Source: a virus (lineage: Duplodnaviria > Heunggongvirae > Uroviricota > Caudoviricetes). From it: a stretch of DNA of 43,876 nt. The notes beneath the pieces were generated by a model. The model saw only the letters and a program-made list of their open reading frames with translations. It ran no database searches and was not told the origin of the DNA. The position numbers and the translations under genes are program-made. Within the stretch, counting starts at the first letter, position 1, and the number at the start of each line of letters is the position of its first letter. Shown here piece by piece: positions 23,400 to 33,077 of the stretch. The DNA is taken from positions 85,267-129,142 of the IMG/VR virus record IMGVR_UViG_3300037510_000012, one strand, 5' to 3'.

Positions 23400-24376
23400 A
23401 GATTTCATTTCATACCGCGAAGGATAACCTAGATACAACTCGTGGATATGGAACCGCAGGATTCAGAATGGTTACCTCTTTGCAGGAGCTTGGCCATGAA
23501 GTTCCTTTTGATGATGCTAGTGCACCTGTTCAGATTTCTTGGAACCCGCCGCACTGGTACAAGTTCAACGAAGGTCAGTACCGTATCGGATACACCCCAT
23601 GGGAGTCAACTGAACTTCCTGACGGATGGCTCAAGGCGATGAACAACTGTGATGAGGTCTGGGCGACTTCAGAATGGGTTGCAAACGTCTACGAAATGGC
23701 CGGGGTCAACAAGCCCATCCACGTATATGAGCATGGTCTGGATAAAAGGTGGAAGCCTCAGAGGCGTATTGCTGGAGAGGTTACCAAGTTCCTTCATGTT
23801 GGTGAACCCGCTCTGAGAAAGGGTGGACAGATGACGGTTGATGCATTCCGGGCGGTTTTCGGAGACAGAGAAGACGTTCATTTGACAATCAAGGCTTATC
23901 ATCAGCACTTCCTAAGAGTATGGAAGGACGGAGAGCTTACAACTCCAGATAAGGCTTACAACAACGTAACCATCATCACTGAGCAGATGCACTTTGATGA
24001 GTTGCTAAACCTCTACTATGAGCATGATGTGCTTGTGTATCCATCATATGGAGAGGGATTTGGATTTATTCCTTTGCAGGCTCTTGGAAGTGGAATGCCA
24101 GTCATTTCAACTTGGGAATGGGCTCCATACAAGGATAGACTTCCTGAGTCACTTAAGTTGAATGGTGAATGGAATAGAAGCATTTGGGCTCTACATCCTG
24201 GAGACGTTCTGTACCCAGACTATGATGACCTAAAGATGCTTATGGACAGATTCATGATTTACAGAGAGCATTATCAGAATGATGCTTTCGAATCCGCCGA
24301 GTTTATTCATTTCGACTATGATTGGGTGAACAAGACGGAGCGAGCCTTTAGGCACATCGTGGACATGTTTACGTAA
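23396..24376 (+). CDS. GT-B (GT4-like) glycosyltransferase, paralogue of upstream gene
   Basis: ATGA coupling; IGYTPWES, FLHVGEPALRKG, LVYPSYGEGFGFIPLQALGSGMP. Confidence 0.92.
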   Translation: MKISFHTAKDNLDTTRGYGTAGFRMVTSLQELGHEVPFDDASAPVQISWNPPHWYKFNEGQYRIGYTPWESTELPDGWLKAMNNCDEVWATSEWVANVYEMAGVNKPIHVYEHGLDKRWKPQRRIAGEVTKFLHVGEPALRKGGQMTVDAFRAVFGDREDVHLTIKAYHQHFLRVWKDGELTTPDKAYNNVTIITEQMHFDELLNLYYEHDVLVYPSYGEGFGFIPLQALGSGMPVISTWEWAPYKDRLPESLKLNGEWNRSIWALHPGDVLYPDYDDLKMLMDRFMIYREHYQNDAFESAEFIHFDYDWVNKTERAFRHIVDMFT

Positions 24377-24440
24377 CTGTGACAAAAAAGTTCTGGTAAA
24401 CCCCTGCATACTAATTGCAGGGGTGTTACTATAGAAGAAC

Positions 24441-24454
24441 CACAACATATCGTA
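24441..24454 (+). promoter_or_regulatory. candidate NrdR box
   Basis: CACAACATATCGTA just downstream of a TACTAT -10 (24427-24432) and upstream of nrdJ. Confidence 0.4.
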
Positions 24455-24492
24455 TACAGGCCCGCAAGGGGTCAGAAGGAGTTTTGTATTTT

Positions 24493-26436
24493 ATGGATTT
24501 CATTGACGCCGAGGGCCGAATCACCGACCCTTACCGTAACTTTATTCACTTGTCTCGCTACTCAAGGTGGCTAGAAGATAAGGGACGCAGAGAAACTTGG
24601 GTTGAGACGGTTGACCGTTACATCGACTTCATGCTTGACCACCTAAAGAAGAATAACGGATATACTCCACCTGAGGACCACGTTCTTCTTGTTCGTAATT
24701 TTATTCTTGAGCATCGGGCACTTCCGTCCATGCGTGCTCTAATGACAGCAGGACCAGCTCTTGAGCGCAACAACATTGCTGGATATAACTGTTCATATGT
24801 CGTTGTTGACAATCCCGTCGCGTTTGATGAGATTCTTTACATTCTTATGAATGGAACAGGAGTCGGATTCTCGTGCGAAGAGCAGTATGTTTCACAGCTT
24901 CCAGTGATTCCTCAGCTTCACGAATCAGACAACGTTATTGTTGTTGAGGACTCAAAGGAGGGTTGGGCTCACGCTTTCCACGACCTTGTTGCAGGTCTTT
25001 ACAATGGAGTAATTCAGAAGTGGGATGTTAGCAAGGTTCGCCCTGCCGGTGCCCGACTAAAGACATTTGGTGGTCGTGCCTCTGGACCAGACCCACTTGT
25101 TGAGCTTTTTGAATTCACAGTTTCGACGTTCCTAAAGGCTCAGGGTCGTAAGTTGACTGACATTGAGGCTCACGACATTGTTTGTGAGATTGCTAGTGTT
25201 GTTGTCGTTGGTGGCGTACGTCGTTCTGCTCTTATTTCACTTGGAGACCTTAGTTCAGACGGACACCGTTCCGCTAAGTCAGGTGCTTGGTGGGAGAAGA
25301 ACGGTCAGCGTGCTTTGGCAAATAACTCAGCCGTGTTTGATTCAAAGCCTTCCCGTGAGGTCTTCAACAATGAGTGGCAGGCTCTAATTGATTCTGGCTC
25401 TGGTGAGCGTGGAATCTTCAACCGCGAGGCTTCTCGCAAGCAGGCTGCTAAGTTTGGTCGTCGCTCACACGATGTTGAATACGGAACCAACCCTTGTTCT
25501 GAGATTATTCTCCGTCCAAATCAGTTCTGTAATCTTTCAACTGTCGTAGTTGATGCTGATGACACATACATTATGCTTGCTGCAAAGGTTCGTGCTGCTA
25601 CGATTCTCGGTACATGGCAGTCTACAATGACTAATTTCAAGTACCTACGTCCATTGTGGAAGCAGAACACGGAGGAAGAGCGTCTTCTCGGAGTTTCAAT
25701 GACTGGCCCATTCGGAAATGCACTTCTTAACGGAACCATTTCATTCAACAAGACAGAAGATATTCTAGTTTCGCTTCGTTATGAGGCTATCAAGATGAAT
25801 CAGATTGTTGCAGATGAGATTGGAATTCCTCGCGCGGCAGCAATCACATGTGTTAAGCCTGAGGGAACAACTTCACAGCTTACACTAACTTCATCTGGAT
25901 TGCACGCGTGGCACAACGAGCAGTACATCAGAACAGTACGAGGTGACCGTAAGGACCCACTAAGTCAGTTCCTCATTGATTCTGGATTCCCATATGAGCC
26001 AGATGTAATGAACCCTGAGAATACCGTTGTATTCTCATTCCCAATCAAGGCTCCGGAGAACGCTATTGTTCGTCGTGAACTAGATGCAAAGCGTCATCTT
26101 GACCTATGGTTGCTTTACCAGCGTGCATGGTGTGAGCACAAGCCATCGGTTACGATTTACGTAAAGCCTGATGAGTGGGATGAGGTTGGAGATTGGGTAT
26201 ACGAGAACTTTGATGAGGTTTCTGGAATTTCATTCCTGCCTCACTCAGAGCATACATACCAGCAGGCTCCATACCAGGACATTACAATTGAGGAATATAA
26301 CGAATGGGTAAATAAGATTCCTCAGAATGTCGATTGGGATATGCTTTCCTCATATGAGCTTGAGGATACTACAACCGGAACACAGGAACTTGCTTGTTCA
26401 GCAGGTGGCTGTGACGTGGTTGATATCTCAAAGTAA
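24493..26436 (+). CDS. nrdJ: class II (B12-dependent, monomeric RTPR-type) ribonucleotide reductase
   Basis: YNCS, GTGVGFS, GGVRRSA, TNPCSE, CNL, CVKPEGT, C-terminal CSAGGC redox pair. Confidence 0.95.
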   Translation: MDFIDAEGRITDPYRNFIHLSRYSRWLEDKGRRETWVETVDRYIDFMLDHLKKNNGYTPPEDHVLLVRNFILEHRALPSMRALMTAGPALERNNIAGYNCSYVVVDNPVAFDEILYILMNGTGVGFSCEEQYVSQLPVIPQLHESDNVIVVEDSKEGWAHAFHDLVAGLYNGVIQKWDVSKVRPAGARLKTFGGRASGPDPLVELFEFTVSTFLKAQGRKLTDIEAHDIVCEIASVVVVGGVRRSALISLGDLSSDGHRSAKSGAWWEKNGQRALANNSAVFDSKPSREVFNNEWQALIDSGSGERGIFNREASRKQAAKFGRRSHDVEYGTNPCSEIILRPNQFCNLSTVVVDADDTYIMLAAKVRAATILGTWQSTMTNFKYLRPLWKQNTEEERLLGVSMTGPFGNALLNGTISFNKTEDILVSLRYEAIKMNQIVADEIGIPRAAAITCVKPEGTTSQLTLTSSGLHAWHNEQYIRTVRGDRKDPLSQFLIDSGFPYEPDVMNPENTVVFSFPIKAPENAIVRRELDAKRHLDLWLLYQRAWCEHKPSVTIYVKPDEWDEVGDWVYENFDEVSGISFLPHSEHTYQQAPYQDITIEEYNEWVNKIPQNVDWDMLSSYELEDTTTGTQELACSAGGCDVVDISK

Positions 26437-26447
26437 GAATTTGCTTA

Positions 26448-26476
26448 GAACCCCGCCAAATCGGCGGGGTTTCTTT
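26448..26476 (+). terminator. intrinsic terminator
   Basis: GAACCCCGCC-AAATC-GGCGGGGTTT then CTTT. Confidence 0.85.
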
Positions 26477-26503
26477 GCGTTTATGAAGCTTAACCACTAT
26501 ACT
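26475..26503 (+). promoter_or_regulatory. promoter
   Basis: TTGCGT-17-TATACT. Confidence 0.6.
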
Positions 26504-26528
26504 ATATGAAGGAGGTGAAAGATAAAAA

Positions 26529-27425
26529 ATGGCAACACCTATGACTGCCTCACAGATTGTAGCTCAGCTAAAGAAGTGGGGTATTACATATAAGGAAGTA
26601 AAGTCTTGGGAGACGCACAATCGTAATTCCAAGGGTGCTTGGGGTGGAATGAATGGTTTCATTTGGCATCACACAGGTGCCGACGTTTCACAGGCCAATG
26701 CAGCTTCATATGCCGGTTCAACGCTTTACGATGGACTCAGCACTTTGCCCGGACCACTCTGTCACTTTGGACTATCTCCAGACGGTACAGTTTATCTAGT
26801 TGGTTGGGGACGTGCAAACCACGCTGGTGGTGGAGACCCTGTAGTTCTTGACCATGTTATCAATGAGGATTACACTGGACAGCTTCACCCAACTAAGGGA
26901 AACCTTAACGGTACAGATGGTAACGCCCATTTCTACGGAATGGAGATTATGTACTCAGGAAGTCACAAGATGACTGATGCTCAGTATCAGGCAGCTCTAA
27001 AGCTTTCTGCTGCTATTCTCGATTTCCACGGATGGACGGAGAAGTCAGTTATTGGACATGGTGAGTGGTCAAACGATAAGTGGGACCCAGGCTATGCTTC
27101 TGGAAAGATTATGAATATGGTTGACGTTAGAGCAGATGTTTTGAAGACACTTAAGGCTGGACCTAAGGGTACGGCAACAAAGCCTTCAACACCATCAACT
27201 CCAACAACGCCAAGTACAGGAGGTGGAACTGTGGCAACAAAGGATGCAACATACAAGTCTGTTTGGGACAAGGATGCAGCAACCCCGCCAAAGGGACACG
27301 AGACAAAGGAGAACCCAACTTGGGCTCCAATGTCAATTCTAAGAGGTATTTACGAGAACCTTGACGCACTTTCAAAGAAGGTTGATGACCTTTCTAAGAA
27401 GGTTGACGCTCTTCAGTCTAAGTGA
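26529..27425 (+). CDS. endolysin, N-acetylmuramoyl-L-alanine amidase (amidase_2)
   Basis: WHHTG, GRANHAG, YGMEI, IGHGEW...KWDPG Zn-amidase motifs; P/T linker and C-terminal coil. Confidence 0.92.
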   Translation: MATPMTASQIVAQLKKWGITYKEVKSWETHNRNSKGAWGGMNGFIWHHTGADVSQANAASYAGSTLYDGLSTLPGPLCHFGLSPDGTVYLVGWGRANHAGGGDPVVLDHVINEDYTGQLHPTKGNLNGTDGNAHFYGMEIMYSGSHKMTDAQYQAALKLSAAILDFHGWTEKSVIGHGEWSNDKWDPGYASGKIMNMVDVRADVLKTLKAGPKGTATKPSTPSTPTTPSTGGGTVATKDATYKSVWDKDAATPPKGHETKENPTWAPMSILRGIYENLDALSKKVDDLSKKVDALQSK

Positions 27426-27431
27426 TACAAT
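27403..27431 (+). promoter_or_regulatory. promoter
   Basis: TTGACG-17-TACAAT. Confidence 0.55.
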
Positions 27432-27515
27432 CTAAGTACAGCCTATGGAAATGAGTCCGGGTTGTCTAGGGCGCTAAGTGCAGCGCTACTTAGGATGGAA
27501 TTATAATTACCGTCA

Positions 27516-27537
27516 TGGCCCCCTTTCGAGGGGGCTA
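27516..27537 (+). terminator. stem-loop, likely terminator
   Basis: TGGCCCCCT-TTCG-AGGGGGCTA. Confidence 0.55.
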
Positions 27538-27567
27538 TTGGCGTTTTCTAGGCTATTCCGGTATAAT
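27538..27567 (+). promoter_or_regulatory. promoter with near-leaderless start
   Basis: TTGGCG-18-TATAAT, ATG 9 nt downstream. Confidence 0.6.
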
Positions 27568-27576
27568 TCAATTACA

Positions 27577-29271
27577 ATGACTTATGTATATCAGGTTCTA
27601 AGAGATGGTCCAATCGGACTGTGGTCTTTCGACAGCCTCCCACTTAATGATGCGACTGGATATGGCAATAATGCCACTTACACAGGAACGCCATCCACTA
27701 CCCGCCCAATTGTGGCGGGCGGAGTTGCTGCTCAGTACCTAGATTCATCCGACACAGTAAATTATCCAATCAACTCTGTAATGATTCAGGGTAGAGAGAC
27801 CCGTTCATTTTCTCTAGAGGCGTGGATTAAGCCACAGAGCGGTACAACCGCAATCCTGGCTCGCAATAACAGCGGGCTCTTCCTTGATGGACTCAACCTT
27901 AGATTCTCTGTTGCCTTCAGCACAACTATCGATGCTATTTACACACATCTGGATGCTGGAGAGATTTACCATGTCGTTGGTGTGTACGATGGGCAGTCTA
28001 TCATTCTTTTCTTGAACGGACAAGTAGTTGCTACTGCCGATGTTGGTAAGTCTGTAACTGATACAGGTTTTGCAGACACAGCAGCTACTCTAAAGACGAC
28101 CACAAGCTCAACAATCGTTATCGATACCCCGGCAGTTTATAATTTCGCTCTGGATTCATCTACAATTAACAGGCATTACTACAATGGAATTGATTATCCA
28201 GAAATTGTCAATCTATCACTCACAAATGGTGGTAAGTATTACGAATTCTCAGACCAGGCAGCATCTGTTTATGAAACCGTTACATTTGGTGACACAGATT
28301 CATGGAGCCTAGGTCTAATGGATTCAACCCTAGCAGAGGTTGACGAAAAGCTTGTCAATCTATATGACGAAACATCTGATAGCTGGCTCGGTGGTACATG
28401 GACGTACCAATATTCCGTAGATTCCGAAATTGGAGCGGGTATTACACTGAATGGCTCAAGAATCACATGGGATTCTCTAGGTACAATCACTGTAGAAACA
28501 TCTACTGATGGAACTACCTGGACTCCAGTGACAAATGGAGCATCAATTGTTGGTACTCAAGACCTTAGCTCAGGATTCGGAATCTCTGTGAGAATCACAG
28601 TACCAACAACCACAGAACAGACATACGTTGACTCACTGAAGCTCGTATTTTATACGAACAAGAACATCGCCGGTAGCGATGAATCCCTTCTTGCCACATT
28701 TGTTAATCCACTAACAGTCACTCTATCAGATAGAGCATTTAAGCCATCTAGCTTCAACGATAACCTAGGAGTCTTGATTCCAGCAAACAACGGAGTTTCG
28801 ATTCCGGCAGATACTGATTTCGATACGTACAATGCCGTCGAAATGACAGTTAAGTTCGATACTAGCACAGCTAGCAAGACTGTACTGTCTGTTGGTTCAG
28901 CTTCCATTACAACAAATGGCACTGGACAGTGGACATTTACTGGATTGTCAGCTCTGTATATTGATGGAGTAGCAGTCACTTCTCCATTTACCATCACAGC
29001 CGGACAATGGCATCACGTATTGGCTGTATTCACAGGTACAACCTCAGCAGTGTACGTTGGAAACAATTCTGGCGGGTCTGCTGGATACCCAATGAGGCTC
29101 GGATACCTTGCTTTGTACTCAGGTGACATTACGGCAACAATGGCAGATGCAATCTATGATACATGGGTTGGTACTGCTGCTATCAGAGTCACAGAATCAT
29201 CTATTGGAAACGTTACGGAAGGTGGATACAAGGGCTATACATTCGATTGGTCAATTACTGGTGCAGGATGA
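27577..29271 (+). CDS. LamG/concanavalin-A-like domain virion protein
   Basis: FSLEAWIKP, YHVVGVYDG, FLNGQ and WHHV LamG motifs; Thr/Ser-rich. Confidence 0.85.
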   Translation: MTYVYQVLRDGPIGLWSFDSLPLNDATGYGNNATYTGTPSTTRPIVAGGVAAQYLDSSDTVNYPINSVMIQGRETRSFSLEAWIKPQSGTTAILARNNSGLFLDGLNLRFSVAFSTTIDAIYTHLDAGEIYHVVGVYDGQSIILFLNGQVVATADVGKSVTDTGFADTAATLKTTTSSTIVIDTPAVYNFALDSSTINRHYYNGIDYPEIVNLSLTNGGKYYEFSDQAASVYETVTFGDTDSWSLGLMDSTLAEVDEKLVNLYDETSDSWLGGTWTYQYSVDSEIGAGITLNGSRITWDSLGTITVETSTDGTTWTPVTNGASIVGTQDLSSGFGISVRITVPTTTEQTYVDSLKLVFYTNKNIAGSDESLLATFVNPLTVTLSDRAFKPSSFNDNLGVLIPANNGVSIPADTDFDTYNAVEMTVKFDTSTASKTVLSVGSASITTNGTGQWTFTGLSALYIDGVAVTSPFTITAGQWHHVLAVFTGTTSAVYVGNNSGGSAGYPMRLGYLALYSGDITATMADAIYDTWVGTAAIRVTESSIGNVTEGGYKGYTFDWSITGAG

Positions 29272-29321
29272 TGACAAAATTCGTTGCTAACTTCGAATTT
29301 TGACGCATTTGTTACCACAAT

Positions 29322-29350
29322 TTGCCCTTAAGCTCTGGTAAAGGTATAAT
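29322..29350 (+). promoter_or_regulatory. promoter, leaderless transcript likely
   Basis: TTGCCC-17-TATAAT, ATG 7 nt downstream, no RBS. Confidence 0.7.
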
Positions 29351-29357
29351 TCTAATC

Positions 29358-29675
29358 ATGAAGACTACACGAAAGCAAATTGTAGAAGAGGTTCCCTGGG
29401 GCGTATATGTCTGGGAAATGCCTGATGGTCGCTGGATTGGCGATGACGAAGGCAATTTCTTGAATATTGCGTCAATGAAGGGTGACAGAAAGCGCCTACA
29501 GCAGCTTAAGGATGCTGTGCGCTCTTATGGCATTACCGAAGGTAAGCCATTTTTCCTGTCTGGTCACAGGCAGGTTGATGATGAAGAATTTGAAAACCAG
29601 AAGCGTCGCATGGCATTCGGTCTAGTTCCGGATGAGCTTGATGTGGCCGCTTTCAGAGAGGGTCAGGCTAAGTAA
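29358..29675 (+). CDS. hypothetical protein upstream of portal
   Basis: ATG 29358 in ORF 29322..29675; TAATG coupling to portal. Confidence 0.85.
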   Translation: MKTTRKQIVEEVPWGVYVWEMPDGRWIGDDEGNFLNIASMKGDRKRLQQLKDAVRSYGITEGKPFFLSGHRQVDDEEFENQKRRMAFGLVPDELDVAAFREGQAK

Positions 29676-31258
29676 TGGCACATAAGGTTGTATCAGCAGA
29701 AGATGAGCCTCAGGAGATTGAGGTAAAGGTTGGCTCAATCGTTGAATATGCTGCATCTTCAAGAGAGATTGATGTTTTCTCAAAGCCAGCCGATGAAGTC
29801 CGAAAGATGGACGGAATTACTGCTGCCCTAAAGCGTAAGACTACAAGGGAGATTCAGAAGTTCCAGCGGGGAACTGGTGGCGCAAAGACAAAGCGTGAAG
29901 AGCGCGATGAAATCACCGGATACAACCTGTTCGAGGTGGTTATGCCACCTTACAATCTTGATTATCTCGCGGCTTTGTTTGAGAAGTCTAGTCCACACGC
30001 AGCAGCGGTAAAGGCTAAGGTAAAGAATATTGCTGGATTGGGATATCAGTTTGTAGAATCAGAGCTTACAAAGGAAATGCTTGACATTGCCGAGGGCGAT
30101 GAAGGAAAGCTTTCCCGTATTAGAAGGAAGTTGTCAAAGGGTCGTCGTGAGCTTAATGGATGGCTTGATTCATGTAACGAAGAAGACGAATTCGATGAGA
30201 CGCTTTCTAAGCTCTGGACAGACTATGAAACCACTGGAAATGCCTATCTAGAGATTGGTAGAAAGACTACCGGCGAAATTGGTTACATTGGACATATTCC
30301 ATCAACCACAATTCGCATCAGGAAGCAGCGCGACGGATTTATTCAGATTATCTCTAACCGTGCTGTCTTCTTCAGAAACTTTGGTGACACGGAAACTGTT
30401 GACCCAATCGGTCATGACCCGCGTCCAAACGAGATTATTCATTTCAAGAAGTATTCTCCAACACATGGATACTATGGTGTTCCTGACATTGTTGCCGCAA
30501 TGAATGCTGTCACTGGTAATGAATTCTCTGCACGCTTCAACCTTGACTATTTTGAGAACAAGGCTGTCCCTCGTTACGTTATCGTTATCAAGGGCGGTAA
30601 TCTCTCAGCAAGGTCAGAGCAGCAGATTCTAGAATTCTTCCAGGCATCACTCAAGGGTAAGAATCACAGGACACTCTATGTTCCACTTCCGGCAGATGAG
30701 GAAGGAAAGAAGGTCTCATTCGAGATGAAGCCTGTAGAAACAGGTACTCAGGACTCTTCCTTCAACAACTACCGTAAGGGCAATTTGAATGAGATTCTCA
30801 TGGCTCATGGAGTTCCTATTTCAAAGGTATCACTCGGTGAAGGTGTTTCTTTGGCGGCTGCTCGTGATGCAGATAAGACATTCAAGGAACAGGTATGTCG
30901 TCCAGACCAGCGAGTCCTTGAAAAGAAGTTGAATAAGATTGTCAAGGAACTTACCGATGTATTTGTCCTTAAGTTGAATGAGCTTTCATTGACTGACGAA
31001 GATACTCAGTCAAAGATTGATGAGCGTTACCTACGTCTCGGCACCTACTTGCCAAATGAGGTTCGTGCACGTCAGGGTCTTCCTGGCATCAAGGGCGGAG
31101 ACAAGCCTGTGGAACTTAAGCCTCAGCAGGCGGCAGAGCAAAAGACACAGGCTTCCGGTAATAGGAAGAGGGACCAGGAGCGTCAGGCAAATTCTACTGA
31201 TTCTGCGTCCTCAACAAATTCACGAAATCCTCAAGGAGAGGGGAGACAGTCCGCCTAA
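29675..31258 (+). CDS. portal protein (PBSX/HK97-like)
   Basis: 527 aa; GNAYLEI, IIHFKKY..YYGVPD, FENKAVP, LPNEVRARQGLP; position before protease and capsid. Confidence 0.92.
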   Translation: MAHKVVSAEDEPQEIEVKVGSIVEYAASSREIDVFSKPADEVRKMDGITAALKRKTTREIQKFQRGTGGAKTKREERDEITGYNLFEVVMPPYNLDYLAALFEKSSPHAAAVKAKVKNIAGLGYQFVESELTKEMLDIAEGDEGKLSRIRRKLSKGRRELNGWLDSCNEEDEFDETLSKLWTDYETTGNAYLEIGRKTTGEIGYIGHIPSTTIRIRKQRDGFIQIISNRAVFFRNFGDTETVDPIGHDPRPNEIIHFKKYSPTHGYYGVPDIVAAMNAVTGNEFSARFNLDYFENKAVPRYVIVIKGGNLSARSEQQILEFFQASLKGKNHRTLYVPLPADEEGKKVSFEMKPVETGTQDSSFNNYRKGNLNEILMAHGVPISKVSLGEGVSLAAARDADKTFKEQVCRPDQRVLEKKLNKIVKELTDVFVLKLNELSLTDEDTQSKIDERYLRLGTYLPNEVRARQGLPGIKGGDKPVELKPQQAAEQKTQASGNRKRDQERQANSTDSASSTNSRNPQGEGRQSA

Positions 31259-31263
31259 TCTAA

Positions 31264-31722
31264 ATGGTTAATTTCCTAAGAAGAGCTTGGGACAGTCTTG
31301 CATGTGCATTGGCAAGACCTATTAATAAAGTAGCCGCAACCACGTTGGCCGTATATACGTTTCTTTGGGGGCTGTGGCTTGTAAGCCCCTTCTGGGAAGT
31401 ATTTGGTGGAGCGAGGGTTTATTCGTGGCTAGATTCCGTTATGCCGGAATCAGCATGGGGTTCTTTGGCTATGGCTGTAGGTGCAGTTATGCTTTATGGC
31501 CTTAGCAAGACCTCAGAAAATTCACTTACGATTGGAGCATTTGTCGGATTCCTTCATTGGCTAATCATTGGTCTAGGATATTTTGCCGGGGATTGGAAGA
31601 ATACAGGTGGTATCACATCACTAGCTATGTCTATTTACTGTGCTGCTATCTATCTAAACCTTCGTTTCCAGCATTTCCATCACAATGATTTGGCTTTTGA
31701 AAAAGACTCTGATATTATCTAA
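31264..31722 (+). CDS. four-TM membrane protein (holin candidate)
   Basis: four hydrophobic helices in 152 aa. Confidence 0.7.
   Translation: MVNFLRRAWDSLACALARPINKVAATTLAVYTFLWGLWLVSPFWEVFGGARVYSWLDSVMPESAWGSLAMAVGAVMLYGLSKTSENSLTIGAFVGFLHWLIIGLGYFAGDWKNTGGITSLAMSIYCAAIYLNLRFQHFHHNDLAFEKDSDII
31690..31718 (+). promoter_or_regulatory. promoter, leaderless transcript likely
   Basis: TTGGCT-17-TATTAT, ATG 6 nt downstream. Confidence 0.6.
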
Positions 31723-31724
31723 AT

Positions 31725-33041
31725 ATGGAGATTAAGAAGGCTCAGTGGGCTTCTGATGGTGACAATGTTCGCTTGACGATGCCACTTTCTAAGGTTGATA
31801 AGGAGAACCGCCTGGTTTCAGGTTGGGCTTCTCTTGACAACGCTGATTCCCAGGGAGACGTTGTTCTCAAGGAAGCTAATCAGCGTGCATTCAGCCGTTT
31901 CCGTGGAAACATCCGAGAGATGCATCAGCCAATTGCTGTTGGTCGAATGGTTGATTTCAAGGAAGACTCCTACTTCGACCAGGAGACACAAAAGTTCTAT
32001 AACGGAATTTTCGTTACAGTTTATGTTTCCAAGGGTGCACAGGATACTTGGGAGAAGGTTCTAGACGGAACGCTCCAGGGATTTTCTATCGGTGGCGCTA
32101 TTATTGATGCCGAGACACAGTGGGTAAAGGACGCAGGTCGTGCAATCCGCTTTGTCAAGGATTATGAATTGGTAGAGCTAAGCTTGGTAGATTCTCCAGC
32201 AAACCAGCTTGCCAATGTGTTCTCCATCACCAAGGCTGCCGATGGCAGTCAGGTAATGAAGGGCATGGTAGCAGACACTCATTCAGAGAATGTTTTCTAC
32301 TGCGAGGCTGATGGAATTGCTAAGACTTCCACCGAGGAATCTGTTTCCTGCGGTAACTGTGGTTCCGCAATGCAGAACATCGGATGGTTTGAATACGAGA
32401 ACGATAATGAGAAGACTGAAAAGGTGTCTGCACTTATCGCAAATCGTAATTCTTCTAACACGAGCGGTTCAGAGGAACCAATCGCTAAGCAGGATACTGC
32501 ACATAATGAAGGAGGTGTAATCGTGGCAGAAGAGAACAAGACTACTGAGACTGAAGTTGAGGCTGGCTCAACAGCTACCGTCGTTGACGAGGTTGCTGAA
32601 GAGGGTAAGGCTGAGACAGAGGTTGAGTCAAGCACAGAGGAGGTAGCTTCTGAGGAGCAGGCTAACGAGGAAAAGCCTGAGACTGAGGAAGTTGCTAAGT
32701 CAGAGGACCCAGATATCTCTAAGATGTTTGGAGACCTACAGACTGCTATCGAATCTGGCCTTGAGAAGAATGCCAAGCAGGCTGACGAAGCTATTGCTAA
32801 GGCAACCGAGGTATTCGAGAACAGGGTAGAAGAGCTTGTAAAGAAGCACGACGAGCTTGTAACTAAGTTTGAGTCTCTAAAGACTGACATTGGTGGCGTT
32901 GAGAAGCGCCTTGAGACTGTCGAGTCTGAGACTGCTATTAAGAAGTCCGGCGACCTAGGCGGGTCAACGGAGGAAACCCTACAGAAGAGTAAGGGTTCTA
33001 CGTGGGGCGGGCGCTTCCTCGGCCTTTCCGACCTACACTAA
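31725..33041 (+). CDS. capsid maturation protease fused to acidic scaffold
   Basis: VSGWASLD..DSQGD, REMH, GFSIGG, ELSLVDSPANQ; central Cys cluster; Glu-rich coiled C-terminus. Confidence 0.9.
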   Translation: MEIKKAQWASDGDNVRLTMPLSKVDKENRLVSGWASLDNADSQGDVVLKEANQRAFSRFRGNIREMHQPIAVGRMVDFKEDSYFDQETQKFYNGIFVTVYVSKGAQDTWEKVLDGTLQGFSIGGAIIDAETQWVKDAGRAIRFVKDYELVELSLVDSPANQLANVFSITKAADGSQVMKGMVADTHSENVFYCEADGIAKTSTEESVSCGNCGSAMQNIGWFEYENDNEKTEKVSALIANRNSSNTSGSEEPIAKQDTAHNEGGVIVAEENKTTETEVEAGSTATVVDEVAEEGKAETEVESSTEEVASEEQANEEKPETEEVAKSEDPDISKMFGDLQTAIESGLEKNAKQADEAIAKATEVFENRVEELVKKHDELVTKFESLKTDIGGVEKRLETVESETAIKKSGDLGGSTEETLQKSKGSTWGGRFLGLSDLH

Positions 33042-33077
33042 TTAATTCCTAGGAAATATGGAGGTGACACAAACAGA

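Noticed and set aside
24377-24492. Cobalamin riboswitch upstream of nrdJ
   Set aside because: The gap is ~115 bp, mostly promoter, with no B12-box pattern.
24493-26436. Intein or intron in the ribonucleotide reductase
   Set aside because: Continuous ORF of normal monomeric class II size with no splice-junction or homing endonuclease motifs.
27478-27576. Upstream extension of the LamG ORF in the supplied track
   Set aside because: It spans a terminator-like hairpin and promoter; ATG 27577 fits better.
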